Shown here piece after piece: positions 24,501 to 35,774 of a stretch of 64,000 bases of DNA. Position numbers and translations under genes: made by a program. The notes under the pieces are model-generated. The model saw only the letters and a program-made list of their open reading frames with translations, did no database searches and was not told the DNA's origin. Location of the stretch: the NCBI GenBank assembly GCA_965603825.1, contig CBFDEM010000045.1, positions 1 to 64,000 on the forward strand, read 5' to 3'. Within the stretch, counting starts at the first letter, position 1. Every line of letters begins with the position of its first letter. The DNA is from Blepharisma stoltei ATCC 30299. Lineage: Eukaryota; Protista; Ciliophora.

Positions 24501-24986
24501 TTCATTATTTACTTGAAAATCCATGCCTTGGAATTCCTGACCTAAAAGAACAACAGCTTTTTGCCATCCACGCGATTTAATAAATGATAAAGCGGTGTCT
24601 CTGATAGAAACATAAGAAGGCTCAGAGTAGTAAACAAAATCTTGAATAGTTTCTGGGTCATAACTATACACAAAATGCACAAATTCATATGATTTCGCAT
24701 AATCGCTAATAAGAGAAGTAATACTTAGAGAAAAAGTGCCATCAAAAACGAAAGTAAAGTCCAATGCTGATATCAAAGATTCTATGTCAAAATAGCTATT
24801 AACTTCATATAAAACATAATATACGTTTGAATCTGCAGCACATTTCTGAGATTTGATTTCAAGACAACTATAATTTTTTGAAAAAGCATTCCTTATTGAT
24901 TCTGGGGTGAACTTACTGTATAAAATAGGAATAATAGTATGTTGGCTTGCCGTTAAAAAAATCAAAACAGATATCAGAAAATTCAT
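21525..24986 (-). CDS. Tandem Venus-flytrap multi-pass membrane receptor, copy 4, 1153 aa
   Basis: One frame from ATG 24986 to TAG 21527-21525. It has TGG at 'GWQK' where copies 2 and 3 have TGA. Confidence 0.88.
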
Positions 24987-25589
24987 GCAGCTAATAATAA
25001 TTATTATTCCAACTTTGAGCGAGAAAACCTATTGAGAAATATTTTTATACATAATTATCATTTATATTATCAAGCTAGTTATATTACATTTTATAAGTTT
25101 CAAAATTGTTTTTTGACCAAAATTAATTAAATTAAAGTTTTTGCAACTTTTTTTTGCCTCCTTACGCTTTCGGATAGTGTGGCCCATAAAAGGAGGGAAT
25201 TCTAGCTCTATTTTAGAAGAATTGTCTGCTTTGAGGATAACGCTGGCATTGAGACCCAAGGGTCCCAACCATTCGAAAGACTTTTCCTCATTCGCCATCA
25301 CATGAGGAGCAGTTACACTAGGAAAAAGAAGCACATCCTATAGAGCTGTAAGGGAAAAGGCTGTAGCTCAATCCGCCTGGATAAGTAATACTTGGTCATT
25401 GAGTCGCCACAAGCTCCTTCCCAAAGACTAGCCATACCATGCAGCCGCTCAAAGCAAGTTAATTGCTAAAGTTAACAAGGTTTTTATAAAACAATTCTAA
25501 CATAAAAAAGGTTTTTCGCTCTCCAAGAGGAATTAGTATAAATAAAATTAATAATAGACGATAGAAAGATATCAAAAATCTATTTGATC

Positions 25590-26420
25590 GAAGTTAAATC
25601 AATTTCCACATTAGCATCTGAAAAGTTGCATTATTCTTACTTACGCTGAGAATTTTTTTGGAGATTCTGAGCGTAATAATTAGGGAATTTTTATTTTCAA
25701 AGATCCTAATGCATGATGATATACTTATCTGCTGATATATAAGCCGAATAGAGAGAACAAATAGCTGATCAAAACGAGTATAATTGCGCGTGAACTAATA
25801 AAATAAAAGAAAATTATAAAAAGAAGAATATTGAACAAGAAATGACAAAGATTTTCAATATATTGGGTTACTTCATATCAAAGAAAACTTGAATTTATTA
25901 TTAGAGAATTGAGATATGCATTAATACAATAAGACTCGGCAAGCATTATAAACAGTCAATGGTTGATTATCTGCATAGAAAAGAAATGCTGATAAGTTTG
26001 CCTTAAATTCACAAACATTTATCGCTGATGCATATCGCTGATGCATATCGTTAAATTAAAAAAATTATTTAAGATTACTATTATAATAAATGAAAATAGA
26101 ATAGATAATATAAAATTAAGAAGTGTAAAAAAGGATAAATATTTAAGCGAGTAATTGCTATTTTAACTCTCGCAAATATAATATCCTCAATGCTTGTAAC
26201 TAAAAAGGCTTCAAAAAGAAGTGGAATTATTCCGATCGCAGCCGATATAAATATCCATGCAGAAACTATTTGCATAAATATGCATCTGTGATCTTTGGCA
26301 ACAAAAACACTTGGCAAATTGCTTTGCTTTTGCAATACCATTAGATAAGTTATTTCTTTATTATCCAGATTATAAATTACACAGAGTCTTATTTTTCATA
26401 TAGCTCTATAGATTTCGATA
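25590..26420 (-). pseudogene. Heavily decayed receptor paralogue fragments
   Basis: 26190-26400 translates as 'SNLPSVFVAKDHRCIF...AAIGIIPLLFEAFLV' (compare 'GVLPNAIIGEDHECPF...TGIGAIPLLMGVFLA'). 25600-25780 resembles the receptor 3' end and the 16460 remnant ('aatttccacattagcatct', 'gctgatatataagccgaatagaga'). Confidence 0.65.
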
Positions 26421-26994
26421 GAGAGCCACTAAGATAGACTGTTGAAGATTCTTCTCATTTATTGAGAAAATAAAGAGCCAGAAGCAAACTTCTGTGAAAT
26501 GGTGCTGCATGGCCTTCAATTTAAAAATTAATGGATCGCGGATAATGCAAATTCTCAACACTAATGGTTTAATTTTATTAGCTTCAAGAATTATTAAGCT
26601 TAAATATTTGAAGTTTCAGAAAAATAATTTTAATTGCTGAATTTAAATAAATAAAGATATAATAGCATATAAATAAAAAATCTAAACTTAATTTCGATAC
26701 AAATTCATGAAATTAAATGGCAATCTTTTATTTAAATATTATTTTGTAAATAGTAGTGAGTTTTCTCAAAGGTTTGATGCCGTAAAAGAAATAAAGTTAG
26801 AAGGCTATCATAAATAAGCTCATGTCTGAATTATATAATTATTTAGAAAATTATTAATTAAATTTAAATTATAGGTTTGAATTACAGAATAGGAATAACA
26901 ATGTTTGGCTTGCCATAAAATAAATAGAGCTAAATTTAGAATATTCATATTATAGCAATTATTTTAAAAAATAAAAAAATCTTCAAATTAAAAT

Positions 26995-29900
26995 TTATCG
27001 ACTTGAAGAATAAGAGTTAATTTCTATATCAACATCTTCAATGCCAGCCAAATTGTAACCAGTGTGCTTAACTATTCCTGCTTCTACTGGAGACTTGTTA
27101 GATAATTGGAACCTAAATAATTTGAGAATGTCTTGGCCTTTAGGCCCTACTAGCAGAGATGGCAAATAGAGCTGCTGATATATAAGACCAATAGAGAGTA
27201 AAATTGCTCAGCCAAATCCAAGCACTAATTGAGCAGCTAACTTGCTAATTTTAGCTATACAGCAACAAATTCATAATCATAAACTGAGCGAAATAAATAC
27301 TACATATCACAAAGATGCTCGGTGATAATTATAAGGAAGCCTAATCATAGAAAAAACAATTATAAAGATTAGCACAGCAATCCCGCAGCCAATAAACATA
27401 TATTCTGAAGCAGGGTAGACTGCAGTGTAAAGTATCATTAAAATTAGCTGGCAAAAACTCTTATTTACTGTATGTATAGGCTGTTCTCGAAAATTAAATA
27501 AGGCTTGCTCAAGATGATCTTGCCAAGTTGGTCGATGATATATGCTAGCAGGCAAATATAAAAAAATCGCGACTGAAGACAAACCCACAAAAATTGTATG
27601 TTTACCCTGCCAACAAGAAGTCCAGCAGTCTTGATGATGAAAACTGTCTTGGAAGCCATCTCCAGTGCTGCTTATGCACTGAAAAGTAAGCCACAAGAAC
27701 AAGTTCATAGGCAAAAACAAGGCATCTCCAATATAAGGCAGAAAATACTCGCTCATTTCGTTTATGATTCTAAGGAAAAATATCTTTGATGTCTTTCCCC
27801 ACTCAAAAGTCCTCAGCATTAGTAAGATAAATCAAATTAGCGATATGAACTCAATCATTCCTATTTGGTTTCAAATTGTTCAATGGGCGTTTTTATTCCA
27901 TCCTCGGACATCAAGCATAGAGATCCTTGTAAGCACTGACAATTTTGGGAAAAAGGTTGTAAAATCTGGACCAACTGCCATGTACTGCAAGGACTCTACT
28001 ACCATGATGAGATAAGCACAAGCGTCCAAAATCGTTTCTTTTTTAACTGAAATCAGCAACGGAAATTCGCGTCTAATCAAAAAATCATAGCAGATAGCTA
28101 CAAAAGCGATGAGAAACAGCAGAGGAGCAATTTCTATAGTAGCTATAATTATATATCCAAATATAAAAGGAGAAGCAGCATCTTCTTTAAAAGGACAGTC
28201 AAGATCAGCACCAATTATGTCGCTGGGGACTTTTCCATCACTTTTAACTCATGAAATCGTAGAATCAAGCTTCAGCATGACTTCAAGATTCGGGTTATAA
28301 ATCCCACGATATTTCATAGTCCAAGTAGAATTTATTTGCAGTAAGTTATAAATCCCAAGCCTAATTGTCAGTCTATCATTTCCATATCTGCTTATTTTGA
28401 CTAAGCCTGAGCAGCCATCAAAAGTGACACTCCTTGATAGGTCTTCTATGGTTGAGCTGTTCAAGTTTGTGCCTTGGCTTAACAAAGCATCAATTGTATG
28501 GGCTCCGAGATAGACGGCATCGTAAAACAGACACATGTAGTCGTAGGCAAGCCCATACTTTTCTAGTAAAGATGCCTTAACTCTTTTCCCTATATCTCCA
28601 TAAAATGCTAAAAAACTGATATAGATGAGACCGTCCATGATCTCTATTCTCTTTGCATAAGATTCAGCTCCGATCTGTTTTTCGTCCATGTCATAGATAC
28701 TAACTGTGCCATCTCCCACTATAAGAAAGATATCTCCTTTCCTCATTCCCAAGTCATAAAGTGCTTCTATTACATAAAACACATCTGGCTGGTTCAGCTC
28801 AAGCACCACATATCTGCTTTTTGTGTCAATAATTTCTTGGATTATTGCTTTATCTGCTCCTACGTATCCAGGATTAAGCGCCCGATTTTTATTTAAAATC
28901 TCGATCCCATAAGATTTAGCTTGGCTTACAAATTGGACATTATAATCGTTTCCTCAAGTTGAGTTTGAATACAGCAGAGAACATTTTGAAACTCCTAATA
29001 CGGACAGCAATAAAGCTGCAGCAGATCCTGTATATGAATTTGGAAAGGAAACCCTGGCGTACTGAGGATAGTAATTAAGATTGCTCATTGCGCTTGATGT
29101 TTGTGTCCCAAAAAGGGGCGTTGAAATATTGGCTGCTTGGAAAACTTGGACAGTCCCTTTAGCGATAGAAGTTTGCAGTCCTGGGATATGAAAATATCCT
29201 AAGTCTTCTGTGTGATTTTTAAAGCAGTTATAAGAAAAATTATAATCGAAATAATAGCTCCCGCAGTCAGAAATGTTATAAGCCGCCATATCAAAATTCT
29301 CCAAAAGCCCGTCCATAGAATTAAGTTCGTTTACAGCAAGAACAGACCCCATTTGATTAATAGCATTTCTGGGATACACGAAGCCATTTGAGTTCGAAAC
29401 GCCTCCATTGATGCTGAAAGGAATTTTAAACTTCTCATTGTCTGGAGCTTCTCAGCTTCCTCCTGGAAATAATAAAGGTGTATTTATATTAACCACATTT
29501 TTCGAAATAGTTCCCACCTTTGGTCTCGTTCCGTCCTGCAGCACATTATAAATCGAAAAATCAGCAGACCATGTGAGACCAATTTCTACGTATTTATTGA
29601 AATAATAAGCTGAATAGGACCCTTGATATTGATTATCACTCGTCATAGATACTAATAAAGAAGTAGTCCATTGGATAATTGTATTCAAATAATCAATTAT
29701 CCCAGTATTAGAAATAGACTTCCCTTCAACTAAAATTGCTCCTTCTAGGTTTGCAGCCCAAGCACTCTGCTGAACAAAAATGTAGGCATAGCCGCGTTTA
29801 TACATTTCAGCCTCAATTAATGCTTTTTGTATAGAAACGGAAACGCTTTCATTTGTCATTATCAGCATCAGCTTTACGCCTAAAGGTTTTATTTCTTTTG

Positions 29901-30459
29901 TGATCATCAGCAAGATCGATTCATACGATGCAGCTGCTGACACGACATACTGCTGCACGATTTTTATGTCCTTGCTGGCTGTAAAGTTAACTCCAATGAA
30001 TTCTGTACTCAAAACTGCGACGGCTTTTTGCATTCCGTAATACTTCGCAAGTGAAATAACTGCTTCTCTATACTTATCAAAAGGAAAATCTGAATAATAA
30101 ATATTTTTTGTGGGATTATCAGGGGAGTACGCATAGACAAATTGAATAAAACCGTAAAATCGTGCGTATTCGCTGATTAGAGTGGTCATGCTTAATGAGT
30201 AAGTTCCGTCGAGAACAAACGTAAAGTCAGAATCTTCAAAAAAATTTTGAAAATCAGCTAGATCGTTCACCTCATATAGAATATAAAATACAGGAGAGTT
30301 AGGCTGGCATCCAGGGGCATTCGCATAAGGACAATTATAGTAAGTTTTAAAAAAAGCAACTATCTCTTTAGGGGTAAATTGACTGTACATTATTGGGATC
30401 GTGACGAATTGGCTTGCGACTTTAAAAAAAACACATATCAAGATGAGGAGAATGGCCAT
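26995..30459 (-). CDS. Tandem Venus-flytrap multi-pass membrane receptor, copy 5, 1154 aa (more diverged subfamily)
   Basis: One frame from ATG 30459 to TAA 26997-26995 with TGA=Trp. Motifs 'AVNELNSMDGLLENFDM', 'MSNLNYYPQYARVSFPN', 'QDCWTSCWQGKH', 'PYNYHRASLW'. Confidence 0.88.
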
Positions 30460-31610
30460 TTGTAATCTTTAATTTTTTACGCCTGAGATTAATGAATGAT
30501 TTATTAATAATCAGATATATAATACAATTAAGCTAGTGTTTGAAGAGACGCGTTTTTGAGTTCTTAGAAAATTTACATTAGAAATGAGGCTGGCTTAAGA
30601 ATTTTGATGAAGAGATATTCAATATAGTTATATAGAAAACATAAAAAAATTGTGTTGTAATCTCTTGCCGATTTGAGCACGCCACGTAAAGAATTTAATT
30701 TTATGTGGATATTTCAAATATAGAGACTTGGCATGTAAAATTCTATTTCGCATGTCTTAATTCTTTCATAAAAATGATAATAGATATCGCATCATTGCAC
30801 GAGTGCTGGAGATGTTGCTATTTAGCTATTGCTTAAGAATGCTCATCGAGCTAATCCGAAAATTATAAATATGAAGTGCTAATAGTCTATGGTTTAAAAA
30901 TGAATTCTAGCTGTGTCAAAAATTCTTAAAATGCCAGCTCGGAAAGCACTGCGGATGTATTCTTAATTAAATATCAGAAAAAGAGATTTAAGCAAGAAAA
31001 AATATTAAGAAACCATAATAATTGATCTTAATGATTTGAGATTTTTATTAATGTAAGTGTAGTAAAATTACACCTTCTTTCTTATGAATCGAGAGTATAA
31101 TAATTTTTTGATGAGAATTTCAAGTAAATCTTTGCTAATTCGAGGAATAAATTTTATATTTCTCCTCTTCGTGTGATGGATTTCTTTGAGGGAACTGATT
31201 AAGTGGCATTTCTCTTTTATTAATACTTCAATCTCAAGAATTAGCACCAGGGCACTTGTATTTTTTAAATTGTTAAATCGCTAAATGATTCAACGAAATA
31301 TTAAGTGTGAGAAATTATCATTCATATTTCTCTAAGATTACAGCTAAGGCTATTTAATTATTTATTAATAAAATTGACATATGGAAATTTTTAAGATTTC
31401 GCAGTTTTGAATTTTTTTGTATTTAAAAATTATTAATCGAAAATATCAATAAATTATTTAATTTAAGACTATAAATCAAATTGAAACAATTTATCAATTT
31501 TTAATTATTTATAAAGTTTGCAGGAATAAACAATTAGGAGAGAATTTTATATCATATAAACACATGAGATAAGCTATAATAATAGCATTGATTTATTAAA
31601 GACTAAATTA

Positions 31611-34600
31611 TTAATAAAATGTGTTAGCTTCTATCCATCCCTTCTCTCCCGTTCCTCTAAGCCTAGCTTTTTCTCTTCTCAAAAGAAACTTTCTTGATTC
31701 ATCATAGATAATAAGTAAGATAAATGAAGGAATTGCAGGAAATCCCCAATGCAAATACGGCAACGGCCTTCCTCCTAGTGCAGAATTAATTCCAGGGACA
31801 TAGCAAAGTATCACCGCAAGAGCAGTTTCCAAAACCATACTCCAATTTAATATCCAATTATGCAAGCCCTGATCAATAAGACTCTGCTCTCTAGTCCTTA
31901 CAATGTGCAAATTTGCCCACTGTGTCACAACAATTGCTACAAAAAATGCACATTGCGCATAATGCAGCGCCTCGCTTGTATAACAAATATGATGGTCTGT
32001 GACTGGTGAGGTCAGCTCTTTATATTTGCAGTCAGACCACGCATCATCTGAATAATTATAAAACCATATGCGGAGATCATAATCCCCGTCCCCATCTGTC
32101 AAATAATCAACAGTTTTGTGCTCATACTCCTTAACCCCTATATGGGTATTCCCTTTATATTCTGATTTTGGATTATATACATCATCTTCTGCAGGCTTAG
32201 TCCCTGAATCTGCATTGGCAAAAAACCAAAGTGTGGCTGGCTCAAAGCCAAAATCATATAAAACTCCAAAATAAGCCAAAAATCCTCCAAGCGCTTCAAT
32301 CATTCCTGTCTGCATATAAGCGAAGAATAAAAGCTGATAACTCATAAGGTGGTCCACCTGGGCGTTTCTGGGCTTTCTTTTCATAATATCAAGCTCAGGA
32401 TCTTCATAGGCAAGAGAAACAGCAGGGACCATATCAGTCCCTAAATCAATCGCAAGCATTAATATTGTGGTAAGAGGGAGAGGGATCTGGAACGTCACAA
32501 AAGCCAAAAATGGCAGAATCTCAGGAATATTTGACGCTAAAACATAAGCAATTGTACGCTTTAAGTTGTCAAAAATGACACGTCCTTGCATGACTCCATT
32601 GATTATTGATGCAAAATTATCATCAAGTAGCAGCATATCTGCTGCATCTTTTGCGATATCACTGCCAACTATTCCCATTGCGATGCCAATATCAGCTTTT
32701 TTAATGGCAGGACTGTCATTAACCCCATCTCCAGTGACAGCTACAACATGGTTCAGTTTTTGGTTTGCGTCAACAATCATGTATTTTTGTGCTGGGGAGG
32801 TTCTTGCGAATACAATTTCTTTTTTCTGCAGCCATTTTGTCAATCTTTGTTTCCTGAAAGGGAGCTCTGAGTCTTCTGTGTGAGCTTTTGTAAGCATATC
32901 ACCGTGGATTACAATTGCGTCACTTTGCTTCATGGCCCTATTTCAGGATATCCCTTCATCGACTAAATCGTTGACTGTTTTTGGGACTGTTATGATATTT
33001 ACTTGTCGAGCAATAGCAGCAGCTGTCAAAGGCTGGTCTCCTGTCACCATGATTACTTTGATTCCTGCATCTTTGGCACACATAACAGCTTCTTTTACAC
33101 CTTTTTTGGGAGGGTCCATTAGGGCTGTGAGACCAATGAATGTTAAATTAGTCAGCGGGAAATTCGGGCAGTCTTTATGATTTGGGTCAAAGACGTAATC
33201 GGCAGGGAAATCATTTTTAGAAAGCCAAGTAAAAGCAAATCCAAGGACTCTTTGGCCTTTACTTCCGAAATATTTATTGGCTGCATGGAAGTTTTCAGTT
33301 GCTTCTTCATCAATAAGCTGATGGCCATGGGGCGTAAGGATTTCTGAGCATCTCCCCCATAACTGCTCTGGCGCTCCTTTCATGAATAAAATGCAGTCGT
33401 TCTCATGCTTTTGAGTTGCCCAACTTACAGGTCCGTGTATAGTCACAGCATATTTGTTGGCTGAGTTAAAAGGAATTTCAGCCCTCACCCCTTTTCTAGT
33501 TAAGACTGGGGAGTTTTTTCTATAGTCAGCAATTTCAGAAATAGGATTAAAAAACTTAATCAACGCGATTTCAGAGGCATCTCCTCCAATTGTGGGCGTT
33601 TCCTCAATTGATTTCTGCTTAAGCAGTTCTTTATAGCTTGTTTTTATTCTAAAAATCATAGAATCTCTAAAAGAAAACCCGTGATCGTCATGAAGCAAAA
33701 CTGATGGAGGCTCGTAAGTGAATTGAGCTCGATTGTTTAAAACTGCGCATCTTAAAAGCATCCAAAATGTAGAATCTCCTAAATCGTATCCAAGCTGTTC
33801 TCCTTCTTCTCTTTCTTCATAGTTTATTACGTCTCTTACCTTATTATCGTACCACATGCTTACCACTTTCATCTTGTTTTCTGTCAAAGTCCCAGTTTTG
33901 TCAGAGCATACACATGTGGTCGACCCAAGGGTTTCAACAGCTTCTAGGTTTTTTACTAGGACATTTTTGTCAGCCATCCTTTTAGAAGTCAGAGAAAGGG
34001 CAACTGTCACCTCAGCTAAAAGGCCTTCAGGGACATTAGCTACAATGATTCCGATAGCATTTACAATATTTATTAGTAAAGGATATTGAAAAGCAAAGCC
34101 TAGGAAAAAGAAAGTGATGCCGAGACAGATAGCGACACAACTGATGATTTTTACAAAAAACTGGAGCTCCTTGTTAAGCGGAGTCTGCTCACTTGTAGTT
34201 GTGATGGCTAGGCCTGCGATTTTCCCCATAACTGTACCATCGCCAGTAAAAATTACAATCCCTTTTCCTTCTCCAGAGCTACATAAAGTTCCAAAGAACG
34301 CCAAGTTTTCAGTTTCAAGGGGGTTTGCCTCATTGGTGCACTCTACAGTCCTTAATTGAGGCTCACTTTCCCCTGTCAAAGAAGAATTGTCTACCTTCAT
34401 GTAATTAGATTCTAGTATCCTAATATCAGCTGGAATTTTAGCCCCCTGCTTAATTACAACAATATCGCCAGGCACAAGTTTGACTGATTCAATTTCTTTT
34501 TTCTGTCCTTCTCTAATAACCATACATTTTGGAGGAATCAGATTTTTGAAGCCAGCCATAATTGCTTCTGACTTAGCCTGCTGAAAATAGCTGAAGCAGC

Positions 34601-35036
34601 CAGTCAATAAAACGGTAACGACAAGAGAAGTGCCTAGATAGAAATTGGAAGGATCTTCTGGGCTCATACCATAGGCTACATAACATAATCCTGCACCTGC
34701 CCACAAGAGGAGAGAAAAAAGGCCAGTCAGTTGCTTTATAAATTTGCAGTACCAAGGCAGCCCTTTCTTTTCAGAGAGCTTATTTTCTCCAAAGACCTTT
34801 AATTTGGCACGGGCTGATGACTCATTAAGGCCAGAATCATAGTCTGTTTCAAGCTTTCCAGCAAGTTCTCTCAATGGAATTTTATGCTCGACCATTTCTC
34901 TGAAAGCTTCAGAATTTTTGATGGCGGCGTCAGTTTTGGAGCTTGAGGTCTCTTTTGAAAGTCTTACTTCTGGAGCTGTTTGACTTAAAAGCTTCTCCTT
35001 ATAAGGTGATGTGCTTGGTCTGAATGCTTTAGACAT
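31611..35036 (-). CDS. ATP1A: P2C-type (Na+/K+-ATPase-like) P-type ATPase alpha subunit, 1141 aa, one TGA=Trp
   Basis: Two track ORFs in one frame joined at TGA 32945-32943. Motifs KVDNSSLTGESEPQ, IGIIVANVPEGLL, CSDKTGTLT, MKGAPE, MVTGD, FARTSPAQK, TGDGVNDSPAIKKADIG, SNIPEI, IDLGTDMVPAVSLAYE, and a C-terminal ...NTFY. Confidence 0.95.
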
Positions 35037-35774
35037 AAATCTCTAATAAATTGTAAAGCATCATGTTTTGGGATAAATCTTTAAATTTCCGGTAAAAAAT
35101 GACTGGCTATTTATTGTTATGATAAGGAGATTTAACCATTTTTAATGCAAGAATTAAAAAGGATTAATTTTCATTGCTAAGGTAGGATGAGCCATGAGCA
35201 AGAGTTTCTATAGATAAACTTTCACGACCCAATAACCTTTTATTCATAATTATCAATTTTCCAATTTTTTTTATTTTTTGCAATTGCTATATTTTAGGCT
35301 ATAAAACACTATTCATGTTCCACAAAAAGAAATCCTTAAATAGCTTTTGAATAAGCAATGCATATATAAAAAAATATAAAATTATTATAAAAGATTTTAA
35401 TTAGCTTATAGTTTTCGAATTTTGTAGGTAAGCTATATTGAATTTTTGCTCCCCTTATTAGAATGAACAAAACATACTAAAAGCTCTAATGACTCTGTAA
35501 ATTCTATTGGAAGAGCTAGAAAATGTCTTATATACCAATTCAAGCCTAAAATATCGAACCCTAAAATTCCATTTTAATAAAAATTTAATTTCCGTAATTT
35601 TAAAATAAAAGAATTAAAATAATTTATTTGCTTCAAAATTTGTAACAGATTTAATGCTCAATTTTTATCTAAAAATAATCAAGACTTTAGCCTAATTTTA
35701 TAAAATTATAATACAAAATTCTTTTTACCTAAAAATATTTAACTCTAATCTTGCATTGATAACAAACCTTTATA
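35037..35774. promoter_or_regulatory. AT-rich divergent spacer shared by the ATPase and the giant surface-protein gene
   Basis: 738-bp non-coding, AT-rich interval between head-to-head ATGs at 35036 (-) and 35775 (+). No specific motif identified. Confidence 0.4.

Noticed and set aside
25062-25334. 90-aa minus-strand ORF as a real gene
   Set aside because: GTG start right after an in-frame TAG, no recognisable motif, and it runs out into AT-rich spacer. Kept only as the GC-island finding.
9346-30459. Calling the receptors GABA-B/mGluR orthologues or receptor guanylyl cyclases
   Set aside because: Only the VFT is shared. No class C 7TM motifs or cyclase/kinase domain is visible, and the cytoplasmic tail is only about 55 aa.
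30460-31610. Possible hidden gene or element in the 1.15-kb spacer between receptor copy 5 and the ATPase
   Set aside because: I found no ORF, repeat or similarity that I could support.
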